Of a stretch of 64,000 bases of DNA, positions 39,308-52,798 are shown one piece after another. The stretch comes from Eledone cirrhosa (lineage: Eukaryota): positions 29,078,001 to 29,142,000 of the forward strand of contig OZ024748.1 of the NCBI GenBank assembly GCA_964016885.1, given 5' to 3'. Position 1 is the stretch's first letter; the number at the start of each line of letters is the position of its first letter. A program made the translations under genes and the position numbers. Under the pieces are notes generated by a model. It made no database searches. It was given only the letters and a program-made list of their open reading frames with translations, and had not been told where the DNA came from.

Positions 39308-39621
39308 TAGAATAATAAAATGCGAAGTAGTTTCAGATGTTAAAGTCCTTTAATGATAATGCTGTGATACATATTTCAATGACGACAGTGGCCACACGCT
39401 TCAGTGTACCCAAGGGAGCAGGCGAAGGACTCAAGAACACCCGCTTTGTCCATTCCCTTGTCGATTCAATTTGGATTGCCTCGGGAACATAACCTTATTA
39501 TGTAAGAAGCTGTCACGGCACTGGGTACACCGAAGCGTGTGGCCACTGTTGTCATTGAAATATGTATCACAGCATTATCATTAAAGGACTGTTAACATCT
39601 GAAACTACTTTGCATTTTCTT

Positions 39622-39627
<6 letters not shown>
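39308..39627. repeat. Foldback/MITE-like inverted repeat with ~105-bp arms
   Basis: 39308-39412 is the reverse complement of 39522-39627 with few mismatches and a 109-bp spacer. Confidence 0.88.
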
Positions 39628-39663
<36 letters not shown>

Positions 39664-40701
39664 CAGTCACATAGTGAATGAGGGAGGGGGAGATACAGAG
39701 ATGAGAGAGAGGAGAAATAGAAGCATATTTTCAATTGTGGGAAATAATAAATGATAATAATAATATGAACAAAAAACAAACAAAAAATGTATGTGTGTAT
39801 ATATATATATATATATATGTGTGTGTATATGGGTGAAGACAGGAAAACGAGCAAAACACAGACAGTCCCATCTTATCAGTCAATCACTAGAGATACTTTG
39901 TTTCAGTGTTTTAAGATCAATACAACTGGCTCTAGAGCTCAAGGAACAGTAAGAAATAAACAAAAGACAAGATGATAGTCATTTGACAACTAAGAAATTA
40001 TGCTACAAATCAATGTGCTGCAACTGAAAATAAGATTGTGTGCATGTATATATATATATGTGTGTGTATGCATACATATATTTGTGTGTGTTGCATGCAT
40101 TTGTCTAGATGTCATTTATGTCTAGGGAAGAAGACATTGAAATTGCAGTTATTCTATAAGATTTTGATTCTTCAGATACTTGGGATAGACCTGAATAGCA
40201 ACAAGAAATATCTCAGAAAACTTATGTTCATTCTAGACTTACAATATTTGCTTGGATATAAAAATTCTCTCCTCGACTTGTTAGCTCAATATTCTTCAAG
40301 GAAATATAGCTTTATTTCAACTTTATAATGTTATCTTATCAAACTTTAACCCTTTAGCATTTAAACTGGCTGTACCAGGCCAGAATTCTCTCACCTCTTT
40401 CTGTTCAAACCGGCTGTAACTGGCTGCTGATATTGATGTTTAGGTATTCTCAAAATAAATAATATCAAAATATCATATATTTGATATTATGTGAGGTAAA
40501 GCTGTTACCATGAAAATATAATAGTATATATAGAGTAATGTAGCTGCTAAATTAGCCCAGTGAAACAAAGAAGCTGTATGATAAAAAAAGAGCCACAATT
40601 GAAAAAGTTTGAAAAGCAACTTGTATGTGTCTTTAATCTGTTGCTGCCATGCTTAAGTAACATTCATGAGCTGAGCTAGATTTGCCACTGATATATATAT
40701 A

Positions 40702-41984
40702 TAAGGTCTTGTAGATAAATTGAAACCAATTTTAAGCAGTTGACTTAGTGGGTTTAACATTTCATTTATTTGACAAAACCTTGCTTGCTTGAAAATCTAA
40801 TCCTCCTCTTTATTTTTCAGGTAAATAGTGAACTGATTAGACAACAGAAAGTCATGGAACAACAGAATCGTTCCACCATTGTTGTTTGGGCATGCGCCAG
40901 GCGCACTGCCAATAATATTGTTAAGTTGACGAAACTTCCAAAAGCAACAGTTTATCGTGTCTATAAACAATTGAAAGAAGAGGGAAAGATTGATAGGAAA
41001 GAACACAAGACTCAAAGTGATTCCGAGTGCAATCCAATGTTTCTCGCTGACCTCAAACACTCAATTGAAACCAACCTATCCACATCCATGACAACTCTTG
41101 CAAAGAAACGCAATATGTCCCTTTCCACGGTGTCCAGAGCTGTGAACAGTAACCTTGGCATGACTAGCTATGTTCAATGATACCGTCACCTCCTAACAGC
41201 CAAGACCAAAGCAATTGGAGCCAAGAGATGTTCAAAGCTTCTGTCATTCATCAAACATCAAGGTGCAGTAAAAACACTCATGTTTGTGGATGAGAAGAAG
41301 TTTACTGTGGATGCTGAGGTGAATCGCAGAAATTCTCGAGTGATTGCATAAGCCCTTCTGACGTCCCCCTTGTGTTTGAGACTAAGAAACCTGCCTCTGT
41401 GATGGTATCTGGAGCCGTGGCGAGTGATGGAAGTGTCATGGATCCACAATACATTGAGTCTGGCTTGAAGATCGGCATAAAGGAGTATCAGGATATCCTG
41501 AAGAACTTTCTATTACCTTGGATGGAGCAAAGGTTTGAGCTTGACAATGTGGTGCATTATCCAGGATTCTGCACCATGCCATGGGTGAACAGCAACACAG
41601 GCCTTCCTTGGTGAGAAGATGCCATTTTTCGTGAGGGCCAACATCTAGCCTAGTAATAGCCCAGATCTCAACCCTCTCGATTACTTTTTATGGGGCGTAC
41701 TCCAAACAAGGACCAATGCTTCACCACACTCGAGTGTCAACAGTTTGAAAACCTGCATCATGTGTGCGACATGCAAAATAAAAAAAGCAGAGGTTGCGGC
41801 AGCTGCAAAAAAATCTCATTCTCATGTGGAGGCAGTAATTGCCCAAAGGGGCGGCCATATTGAGTGATAAATGTTTTTGTTGTAGTAAATGTTACATTAA
41901 AATTATGTTTGCTACCATTATTTTAGTATTTATAACCAGTTTTATGCATTGTAAAAATTGTCTCAATTTCTCTGCAAGACCTTG
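40702..41984 (+). mobile_element. Full-length but inactivated maT-family (DD37D) Tc1/mariner transposon
   Basis: ~31-bp TIRs (taaggtcttgtagataaattgaaacc and tgtctcaatttctctgcaagaccttg) flanked by TA. HTH region, then FVDEK, QDSAPCH and SPDLNPLDY with 37 residues between the second and third D. Several stops. Confidence 0.9.
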
Positions 41985-42049
<65 letters not shown>

Positions 42050-42880
42050 TGTTTGTGTGTTCATGCATTTGCCTAGATTCGAAATGGCTGAAGTTAGAAG
42101 TCATTGAAACCCCCACTCATTCTTCCAGTATTTTCTCATCTCTCTATCGGCATCACTTCTTCCAAATGTGGAGAAAATTCTCTACATCAGTCTGCCAACT
42201 GACATCCTATTCCAGAGCATATTCAACACTCCTCCATAATATGCTATAGAATGCTGCATTCCTTATGGATCCATGTAAAATAATGTAATTTATGTAAACG
42301 AAATACAACACCTGAAAAATTTCTGGATCATTGATGACTTGATCATGAGTTTCAAATTTTACTACAAACCATTTTATTGTCTCTCTCATTAAATTACTTA
42401 CCATTGCATTAGCAGTGTAAACATGTCTGAATTTACTGAAACCATCCCATGGTTAACAGTATAATACATACATAAATATATATGTATGTGTGTGTCAGTG
42501 AGACATTTGTGGTATTTTTCTCAAGAGTCTATCCAGTTCTATATTTTCTGAGAGCCTGTAGCTTAGTTTTAGTGTTTTGTACAACTACTTCAGTTCTATT
42601 TTGAATGTGTTGAAGACAATATCACTGAGGATATATGGAGTGAAAATTTGACACAAAAGTTTCTATTTGAAATGTAATTATTATCCATATTTCAACTGTA
42701 GAGCCTATAGTCTATTAATCCTATAGGATTGCTAGACTAAAAGCTTTAATAGTAACATTTTATTTATTGCATTCTTTCGTTTCTATTTAAACTCTCTGCA
42801 GAACACAGTCTGTTGTGGAGTGAGGTTTAACAAGTTTTCATTTTATATCAACTATTTTATTCTAAATTAACTTTCTATAG

Positions 42881-43466
42881 CACCGCCAGCACTGTCATCT
42901 TCATCAGTGAAAATTAACAGAAAAGAAGAAAACAGTGGATTATCCTCATCATCAGAAATGAATACACCAGAAGAAAAGATTGAAAAGACTTCATCAGCAG
43001 AGAATAATACAAAAGAAGAAAATGATGAAAACCCTTCATCAGCCAGTAGGAAAACAACAACAACTCCGCAACAAAACTGTAATGAACCTAAAGGAGACGA
43101 TGTGACTAATAGAGTTCTCTCAGATAGTTTACCTCCAACACCCACCAGTGTACCTTGTATAGCTCCATTTACATTAAAAGACACAATCAGTATGGACACT
43201 TCCACCACTCAACAGAGTGAAGAAAATGAATCACTTATAGTTCATGTTGATGACACTCAGAATGATTTAGATGCTGACCTTGTGGCATCCAAAACAAATA
43301 ATGGTAAAATAGAGAAGACACCTAAGGACAAAGTGAGTGGCAAAAGTGAAGTGAAGAAAATAGATGGAAGCACAGTTGAGGAAAAGGCTAAAGGTAAAAT
43401 TGAAGGAGGGCAAACTGAGAAGAAGACTGATGAAAAGAAAGATGATAAAGATGTAAAGTCGAAGAG
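42881..43466 (+). CDS. SAFB: SAFB-like exon 8 (large E/K/S/T-rich exon)
   Basis: ctttctatag acceptor and ag|gttggt donor. In frame with ORF 42907 (ESLIVHVDDTQNDLD...EKKDDKDVKSK). Phase 1 to 2. Confidence 0.82.
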
Positions 43467-45138
43467 GTTGGTTTTCAAGTCATCTTTCCCACTGCTTTGA
43501 TTCAAAGATGTCATTAGTTAAATGATCTTACTTCTCGGTAACAGATGTCAACACCTTGGGTAAAACTGGGCTTTACAACATCCAAAGGGAACAGTTTTTC
43601 TGGAATTTTAAGTTAACCTATCTAAGTAGGTTTTCTTCAGAGAGCATCCTTTCGTGGTTAATCGTGAATTATTTAAAAAAGAAGATATGTGGTGGTGCCC
43701 CAGCATAGGCTCAGCTCCTCGGCTGGAACACATAAAATAATAGAGTAGTGTGTGTATCTGGTTTGATTGTAGATTTAACACCAAACTACTACTAATAATA
43801 ATAATGTTAGACATCTCTCTAGTCTTCATAAGGCATGATAATATATTGTAATAGTTGTATTGTAGGATTACTATTAAATAAGACATGTCCTGGGCTATAA
43901 TTGACTAAAACATATCTGAGATATCTTTTCACCAGTTTCTCATATTTGAGACTACAATGGAAGTGTTGAGAGGCCAGGATTTCTCTTGGCTTATGTGCTA
44001 CAGTCTCTAACAAATTGATAAAGCTTGTGTATTTGTTGAGTAAAAACATATGATGATACCAATGAAGATGTTTGGTAGATAATGATGCGTGTTTATAGAA
44101 GTAAATATTCATACTTTAGATGATTAATATGAACTATAGTTCATGAAATGAAAAGGGGCCAGCAAATGGTTTGGGAGTTGGCTGGGGATAAGGAATCTTA
44201 GTTGGAGTGTGATTGCATGAGATGCTCAAACTCACCATATTAGGAGATTTACCAAATTACTGAAGTATTATCCACTGGAACTAATAACCAATATCATGAA
44301 GCAAAGCTAACTGTTTGGATGAAGATGACAATAATGAAGAGGAGGAAGCCTGAGTTCTCAAGAATAAAATTTTAAAAAACATTGATGAATTTGTGGATGT
44401 CAGATAATTAATAATTTCTCTGACAAGATAGAAATTGGATGATGTTTGAAAAGATTGAAGACTGAGTTTATGGTTCCTGTATTCCAGCCATATTTCTGCT
44501 AAACTAGCAGTTAGTGTTTAGGGAATTGCACATTATATGCTGACCTCTTTTTAATTTCCTGAAGACTATAGTTCATGTATTTCTGTATATTTTTGATAAC
44601 TGTTAGTTCTTTATTGCTGGTGTATAATGTCAGTTGTTAACTAATTGGTAATCCATTCATTGTCTCAACCAATAATTCCATTTCAAATTAGTGCTTTTGT
44701 ATTCATTTATATCTAAAATAGATAAATTGCTAGTACAAAAGCACATTTTAATAAGAGGTAAGCTTCTTTCATCATTACATTTTCCCACTCACATGTAATA
44801 TTAATTTGATATTAGGTATAGAAATATATTTAACTATGTATAACATTTGTTATGCTTTGCTAAATATTAAAATTACGTTGTCACATCATTCTTATCTAAT
44901 AAGTATGTATTTGAGTATATATGTATATGCATGTATGTGTGTGTGTATTTTGTTTATTTCAATATATATCTGTATCTGTATATTTAGATTGAGAACCCTA
45001 ATATAAAGTGGTATTGTGTGGGTTTGCAAGTTCAATTACAATTCATATAAATGATGAAATTATGTTCCAAAATTCTCCCTTTACATTTACTTTTGATGAT
45101 GTTGATGATATTTCTAAACCATTGTTTTGTTGTTACAG

Positions 45139-45179
45139 TTCTTCAGTTTCTAAGCCAAAAGTTGTCAAAAATATCAAAA
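45139..45179 (+). CDS. SAFB: SAFB-like exon 9
   Basis: ttacag acceptor and a|gtaagt donor; SSSVSKPKVVKNIK; phase 2 to 1. Confidence 0.75.
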
Positions 45180-45288
45180 GTAAGTTGTTTTTTTCACATT
45201 TTCTCTGATTTTTGCTTCTTTTCTAAACTTATTTTAACATTTTGATATATTTGAGACATGGTTATTGATATATTTCTGTATTTAATAG

Positions 45289-45383
45289 GCAACAACGAAA
45301 ACAGTCCAAATTTGTGGGTCAGTGGTCTTGCTTCAACAACCCGTGCTACAGAGCTTAAATTGCTTTTTACCAAATATGGCAAG
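45289..45383 (+). CDS. SAFB: SAFB-like exon 10 (RRM, first half)
   Basis: NLWVSGLASTTRATELKLLFTKYGK closely matches the SAFB RRM (NLWVSGLSSTTRATDLK); donor aag|gtatgt. Confidence 0.93.
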
Positions 45384-45811
45384 GTATGTTGGAGAACCCT
45401 TCAGTCATGACAACCTCTCTTGTGTTGATGAGCTACACAGTAAATACACCCAGTATATGCTGTAAAGTGGTTGGTGATGTGCACTCAGTGAAATGTGAGA
45501 TCATACATAAGCGTGATACAGATCCCTGGCCTGCCTGGGAGATCAGTGGCTCCGTTTCAGTACCAACTTGATGTGTGGACCCTTCCAACCCTTGCTAGCA
45601 TGGAAAGCGGATGTTAAAATGATGATGATGAATTATTAGTCATATTCCCAACACAAACAGCTGTCTAGTGTGTGTGTGTAGTTATCTATTCCACACATGG
45701 TTAACATCTCCTTCTGAGGAGTTTTACTTAATTTTTTTTAATATATTTTTCATATCACACATTTTGTGAACAATGTTGTTGTTGGTGGTAGGCTTCCAAA
45801 GAGCCAATTAT

Positions 45812-46910
45812 TCATCATCATCATCATCATTTTACGTCCGCTTTTCCCTACTTGCAAGGGTGGGACGGGTCTTATTCAGCACAGCATCTCTCCACTCATC
45901 ACGGTCCTTCGTCATCTCCACCGTGAGCTTCAATCATCTGAGGTCTCTTCTCACCACCTCCGCCCATGTTTTTCGTGGTCTACCTCTACCACGTCTTCCT
46001 TCAACTGGCATTTCTTCACCCATCGGTCATCCTCCAAGTGCATCACATGTCCATACCACCTCAGTCTCCTCTCCCGTACACTACATTCTATCCCTCTCAG
46101 ACACAGTTTCTCTCTCAACACATTTATGCTGGGTCGTTCACGCACATTTACACTGCACATCCAACGGAGCATGCTTGCCTCATTTCTCTCCAGCCGTCGC
46201 ATATCCTCTGCAGTTGCTGCCCATGTCTCACTACCATGCAACATCGTGCATCTCACACAGGCATCATATAACCGGCCTTTCGTACACAAGGAGAAACCCT
46301 TCTTTTTCAACAGAGGAAGCAGCTCCCTAAACTTCTTCCAACCCGTCCTTATTCTAGATACTATGGCCTCGGAACACCCTCCTCCCATGCTAATCTGATC
46401 TCCTAGGTACCGGAAGCTATCCATCACTTCTATAGCGCCCTCCTGCATTTGAAAAATGTGTCTATCAATGCGACTTCTACTGTCTAATTTCCCTGTACAT
46501 CTACTGCATACATATTTCTCCCTACCTGTTAGTTTGCCTGCTATCCCGGTACATCTCTTGTGTACCCAGGATCTGCATTGTGTGCATTTTATAGAATTTA
46601 TGCCAGTTCCTTTCCTGCATATCAAACATGGCCATTTCCCTGACGGAATCAGGGTTTTGTCCTCTTTTTTACTCATCAACACTTTTGTCTTAGCTAGGTT
46701 CACTCTCAGTCCTCTTGCTTCCAACTGCTGTTTCCATAGCCAGAATTTATTCTCTAGCTCCTCTACTGATTCTGCTATAAGAACCAGATCGTCAGCATAG
46801 AGAAGTTCCCATGGACAGCCAGTCTTAAACTCCTCTGTTATGGCTTGGAGGACTATAATGAACAAGAGCGGGCTGAGGACCGAACCCTGATGTACTCCTA
46901 CTTGTATCTG
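45812..46910 (-). mobile_element. RTE-type LINE 3' part, little decayed
   Basis: 345-aa ORF with GVHQGS, YADD, WPCLIC..CTQC..WVHKRC..CSRC and LRWYGHV; (CAT)n tail on the + strand. Confidence 0.9.
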
Positions 46911-47467
46911 GATTATTGGTTCACTGAATTCCGAATGACAAGGGTTGAGTATCAGTGAAGCAGTTTTATCATCGACATACACCAGCAAAAGATATACACA
47001 TATACCTGTATGAAGGGCTTCTACTCAGTTTCTGTCTGCCAAATTTCATTCACATGGTATTGATCAATACAAGGCCCATATTGAAGGACATTAGTCCAAA
47101 GTGCCAGGCATTCATTCACATGGCATTGATGAACACAAGCCTCATAGTAGATAGAAGACACTTGCCCAAGATGCCATACAGCCGATTCAAAGATGGAACC
47201 CCTCTGTTAAAAAGGAAACCTAACCATAGTCATACCAGTACCTGTGTTTAAGATATATATAGTGTTTTAACCTACAATATTCTTTTAATGATATTTAGAC
47301 TTACTGTGTTGTTATTTTAATTCAAAATATATTTTTAATTTGTTAAAGAAAACAAACATAAAACCATTAGTGTTGTTGGTGTTGATGATGATGTTCACTG
47401 TTTGACTGTATAATACCAAAGTAATATTTCATTTATAAAATTTAGTTTCTATTTTTTTCTCCATCAG

Positions 47468-47617
47468 GTTATTTGTGCCAAAGTAGTGACAAATACCCGA
47501 AATCCCGGTGCCCAATGTTATGGTTTTGTAACTATGTCTAGTGTACCTGAAGCTTCTAAATGTATTCAACATTTGAATAAAACTGATTTCCATGGTCATA
47601 TGATATCAATTGAAAAG
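47468..47617 (+). CDS. SAFB: SAFB-like exon 11 (RRM, second half)
   Basis: [50 protein letters not shown]; donor aag|gtgagt. Confidence 0.93.
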
Positions 47618-48065
47618 GTGAGTTATTTTTATGTTTATTGTTTTGTCTACAAAGTTATCTTCATCATCATTTAATGTTCATTTTCTTTGCTAGCAAGGGT
47701 TACTAAATTTGATGTGTGTGGTTAGCTACAGTGATAGATATGTGATTTTGATAGATATTGATTTTGATATATGCAGTTAGATATAAATGGTCAGCTGTAG
47801 AGACAGATACATGGTAAAATATTAAATTTGATAAATGTGATTAACTTTGAACAATCATTACTCCACACCTATCTCTCTAAATATCCATTTTGTTTTAATC
47901 ATAATGTGCATTTTCTTATACATCCATTCTTATTTATTTGTGGATAGGACAGATTCATGTGAGATATGAAAGAGATATAGATAACTCAGTAATAAACTAT
48001 TGGTGTAGGGATGATGTGTGGCAAATAATTTTAAAATTGAAAAATATTTTTGTTTTATTTTTCAG

Positions 48066-48141
48066 ACTAAAAGGGAACCTGGGGCTCAGATTATTAAAAT
48101 GCCAGAAAAGAAAGTAGAAAAATCTGAAGTGAAGAAAGATG
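48066..48141 (+). CDS. SAFB: SAFB-like exon 12
   Basis: tttcag acceptor and g|gtaaga donor; TKREPGAQIIKMPEKKVEKSEVKKD; phase 0 to 1. Confidence 0.82.
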
Positions 48142-48834
48142 GTAAGATTTCTTCTGTTAATAAGAATCTACTGATATAATTTTAATGTAGATAATTTATA
48201 AGTTGTTTCTATTGACATTAGATGAGCTTGGTGATAAGTGTTACTAACCAATAATTTGGTTTAGTCTTTTTCATAATATAATCAGTGACTTGGTCTTTTA
48301 TTTTCAAAGTTATTTGGAAATCACAGGTTTTCACTTTCATTAGAAATATAGTTTTTATTGTACTGCATAAATATTACCCATTATATTCAAATAAGTATGA
48401 ATACCAAACTATTTTGTTGTCATATGTATTTCTGTATCAACTGGATCTATAAACTGATAATGTTTCATCATCGTCATCACTGTTTAACATCTGTATTTCC
48501 AAGCTTGCATGGATTAGATGAGTCGTCCATGTTATGAAACAAGTCTTGCTAGTTGGCCATGCAGTATCTTGTTCAAACAGAACTGTATTTTGGCTGGGTT
48601 TTTTACAGCTGGATGCCCTTCCTAACACAAACTGTGTTGACTGTGGAACTGGATGGTCCCATTATGAGGAGGGTCTGGCTAGTTGGCCACGCTGCACCCT
48701 GCTCATAGAGGGACTGTATTTTCGGAGCTGAATGGTTGTATACCTTGCTCCTAATGGAACCGTTTTTTGGCTGTGTTTGCCCCTCCTAGCACCAACAACC
48801 TTTACAGGGTTTACAGCGTGTGACTGGGTGGTCC

Positions 48835-49650
48835 TTATATGAGACATGTCTGGCCAGTTGGCCACGCCGCACCCTGCTCATAGTGGAACTGTATTTTGGG
48901 AGCTGAATGGTCGTATACCACATCCATACTGCCTATTATGCAGTAACTAAAGTTTTTGTTTTTGTAGCACTCATTAATTCTGCTGAGGAGGTCCTCTGTA
49001 CTGTCATATATATCTGGGGACATCTTAATTATGGGACGTATAACCATCGAGAGAAAGTAGGAGATACTGTAGTTGCTAACAATATTGGCTCCGCATACAG
49101 GTCTTGTTGGTGGTCCTGTCATCGGGTCGTCGGTTGTCTTATGGTCTTTGTGGAGCCCATACAAGGGTGGTATGTCATTATCAGACAACTTGGAAGTTTT
49201 TGGCAGTGCGTCTGCCTGGCTTTAGGGTGTCGGTTCACATCATCATGTGAGCGTTGAGGATCTTCTCTCTCTTCTCATGTTTGTTATGTTGTTTCGCTCG
49301 TGTTGATGATGTAGGGTTGCATAGCCTTGATATAGTTCAGCATGCTGTCTATTGACATCCTACCAGATTTATCTGTAGGTAGGCACACTACCTCACCATC
49401 CCTTGTGCGCTGCTTGAGGCTAAGTAGGCCTTCTACAGGTTTCCTTCCAAGTTGTTTGATATCTGGTCTGCTTTGTCTCTTAGTATATTGGTCTACTACC
49501 TGTCTAAGTTTATTTCTAGCTATGGTAAACTGTGCCTCTGTTTCGTCATCTATTTGTTGTGGAATACAAACCCTTTTATTAAAAGGTAATTTAGTGGGAT
49601 AAATTTTGTTCATTTTGTATGTCTTGTCAGCTGGGTTGAAGAATAAGTTC
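48835..49650 (-). mobile_element. Penelope-like element RT remnant
   Basis: PTDKSGR, PPLYGLHKDHK, TRPVCGAN, STEDLL and GSMDV. Confidence 0.75.
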
Positions 49651-49679
49651 TCTAAGGGGTTGTCATTAAATCTATCGTT

Positions 49680-52010
49680 ATACTTGTGTGTGCTACTATT
49701 ATTGTCATTATGGTTGTTGTTCCTACCGTTGACATTATTATTATTATGATTGTTAAACGTATTGTTGTTGTTACTGTTATTTCTATCATTGTGGTTGTTA
49801 CCTGTATTATGTTTGTTGTTTCTGTTGTTGTCCTGTCTATCGCTAACATTGCTGTTCCTGCTATTTCCATTATTATTATGGTTGTTGCTGTCCTGTTATT
49901 TCCATTATTATTATTGTTGTTGTTGTCCTGTCTATCGTTAACGTTGCTGTTCCTGCTATTTCCGTTGAAAGGTGGGTGAATGTAGCGAGAATGGTCCGAG
50001 TGAACGGAACCGTTCTGAATATACGCTTGTAGTTTGAGGAATGGGGGAAAAAATTGAGAGAGGGAGGTTGCCCTGGTGGTCAGGATGGCCGTAGTCTTTT
50101 GTGTGGTTTTCGCCACGAGTAACCCTCGTTACTTTTTCTTTTCTTATATAAATAATAAAAAAAATCTTTACACGCACAAAACCCACATCGTACCGTCCTG
50201 TACCGTCTTTCTTGATGTCAGCCCTTGTGGCCAATAAAGAAATCATTATTATTATGGTTGTTCAAATCCCGCCGAGGTTGACTTTGCCTTTCATCCTTAT
50301 GGGGTTGATAAAATAAAGTACCAGTAATGCACTGGATAATTGCTGGCCTTGTGCCTAAAGTAGAAACAATTATTATTATGGTTGTTGTTGTCCTGTCTAT
50401 CGTTAACATTGCTGTTCCTGTTATTTCTATTATTTTTATTATTTTCATGGGCTTTCTCCACAAATGTCCCTCGGAAGTCTCCCCCCTATTGGGGAATTTT
50501 TCATTGTTTTTTTTTGTTACATCCTCTGTTTTTGTTTTTTTACACGCAGAAATGCCCATTTGTACCGTCCTGTATTGTCATGTACTGTCCTTAATGTCTA
50601 CTTTATGTAAACCCTTGTGGTTAATAAAGAAAGCATTATTATTTTCATCTCCCCTGCTATTGTTATTGTTACAACTATTATTATTATAGCTGTTATAAAG
50701 GCGGTGAATTGGCAGTATCGGTAGAGGGTCGGACGCCATGCTTTCAAGCAGAGTTACGTCCCTTTACTATCTGAGTTCAAATCCCGTCGAGGTTAACTTT
50801 GCCTTTCATCCTTACGAGGTCGATAAAATAAAGTACCAGTAATGCACTCAGTAATTGCTGGCCTTGTGCCAAAAGTAGAAAAAATCATTATAGCTGTTAT
50901 TTCTATAGTCAAAGTTATTGTTTACATTATTACTTTCGTTATTCTTGTTGAAAGATGGGTGAGAGGCAAGAATGGCCCGAGTGAATGGGCCTACTCTGTA
51001 TATGTGCCTGTAAATTGAAGGTGGAAAACTGGGAGAGGGCACTTGCCCTGGTGGTCAGGGTCACCGTGGCTTTTTTAATGGGCTTCCTCCACGATGACCC
51101 TCGGAAGTCTCCCCCCTATTGGGGAATTTTTCATGTTTCTTTTTTTTGTTACAACCTCTGTTTTTGTTTTTTTACACGCAGAAATGCCCATTTGTCCCGT
51201 ATTGTCCTTAATGTCTTACTTTGTGTAAACCCTTGTGGTTAATAAAGAAAGCATTATTACTTTCGTTATTATAGTTATTTATTTTCGCATTCCAAAGTAT
51301 TTTCGTGAAACACTTTTCTACCTCTGACATGCATTTGATTGAATTTATCTTCTTGTATTTTGCATATTTTGGTGGGAGTTGTAGAATCTGTTGTTCTTGT
51401 TCACTGGTTAAAGTGTTACCATAGATATTTAGCGTCTGGACTTTGGTAAATTCTGTAGGTAATATGACATCTGTTATACAGATATTGTCGATTTTGTCAG
51501 AGTATTTTTCTAAGCTTTCTCTTCTCTTTTCTTGTTGTTTTTTCTCCTTCATCCATCATAATTCCTTATTGAAATGTTTATTGCATTCGTTTTGAGCATA
51601 TTTTGTTTCATGTCGAATGATGTTCATGAGTTTATTTATCTCGTTTGGTATGGTGAGATTTTGAATTTCCTTAATATTAACTCGTTTCTGTTTGTAAAGT
51701 TTGTTAATTTTCTTATATGTTATTCTTTTAATATTGACTGTTAACATGCGTTTTAGGCGTTCTGCTTGTGTTTTGTTTAGTAATAAATTATTTACATGTT
51801 TTAATATGTTTGCCGTGTATATTTTGAAGGAAACGGTGCTTTAAGAAGTGAATTTGTTCTGTTGTTATTTTAGTTTTTATATGACAGTAAATAGTGTTTT
51901 TCAGTAACCTTTCAGCTTGGAATAAGCTAAAGCCGTGACGGCGATGAATTTGTTTTGCAAGGTTTTTTTTATATGAAATCGTGTGTCGAAACAAATATTG
52001 TTATACTTGT
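49680..52010. repeat. Penelope-associated mosaic: (TTG/TTA)-rich repeats, duplicated ~200-bp blocks, decayed N-terminal ORF
   Basis: 50445-50640 matches 51078-51258. The K/N-rich - strand ORF 51208-51552 (ILQLPPKYA, EVEKCFTKILW) resembles a Penelope pre-RT region. Confidence 0.55.
50699..50880 (+). mobile_element. SINE-like element with a tRNA-like head
   Basis: ggcggtgaattggcagtatcggtagag (A-box-like) and gagttcaaatccc (B-box-like); several copies in the window. Confidence 0.72.
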
Positions 52011-52068
52011 GGAGGGTCATATTGTTATAATTATATTGCCAGAAATAATAACATAACACACTCAATGT

Positions 52069-52108
<40 letters not shown>

Positions 52109-52367
52109 TCATCATCACCGCTTAACGTCTTATTTTCATGCCTTGCATGGATCAGACTGGTTGTCCATGCTATGAGGCAAGTCTGTCCAGTTGGCTGTGC
52201 CAAATCTTGTTCAAATGGCCTTTTCTTTACTGTTGGTATTTTGGCCTTTTCTTTACTGTTGGATGCCCTTTCTAACACCAACCATGCTTAGAGTGTGGAA
52301 GTGGGTGGTCCTGTTACGAGAGGGGTCCGACAAATTGGCCGCGCTTACTCTGATCATAGGCGGATCT

Positions 52368-52798
52368 GTAATTGACAATATACACAGAAATTGAACGAAG
52401 ACTGTGTTACACTGTCTCATGTAATCAGTAATGTAATCCATGATGCATTAAAAAAAGGCGATATTATATATAAACTGCATTAGGAGAAAATTAGTGACGG
52501 AAATATATGAATCTTTATTTAAGCGATCACTAACCGGAAGTGTTGACATTTGAAAATTTTAAAGAAGTGAATCTTTAAATAAGCAATAAAATATATTGAA
52601 TCAAAAGCTACGAAATTTAGCAGATGAATTATGTAATATTCATTCATTATTTATTCAAAGTAATCCAACTTATTTTACAAACAGGATAAAAAATTATATT
52701 CTGGATGCAGTCCCGCACTCCTTTCTTTATTATATTTATTGTTTACTAATCTGAATAAGAACAGCAGTAACCCGGGCAACGCTGGGTCATTCAGCTAG
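52368..52798. mobile_element. Helitron fragments
   Basis: 52368-52735 is a second copy of 30130-30497. A separate 3' end (acccgggcaacgctgggt...ctag) lies at 52770-52798. Confidence 0.65.

Noticed and set aside
40821-41180. Extra SAFB exon at the strong tttttcag acceptor at 40820
   Set aside because: It lies inside the maT transposon, runs into a stop at 41178, and is not needed because exon 7 joins exon 8 in frame.
49652-50689. T/I/N-rich or V/L-rich ORFs resembling membrane or mucin proteins
   Set aside because: They are translations of (TTG/TTA)n simple repeats and SINE pieces.
50699-50800. tRNA gene
   Set aside because: Only A/B-box-like motifs are present, without a cloverleaf. The sequence continues into a multi-copy SINE body.
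48680-52010. Hammerhead ribozyme expected in Penelope-like repeats
   Set aside because: I found no CTGANGA...GAAA core with flanking stems by eye. A covariance-model search would be needed to exclude it.
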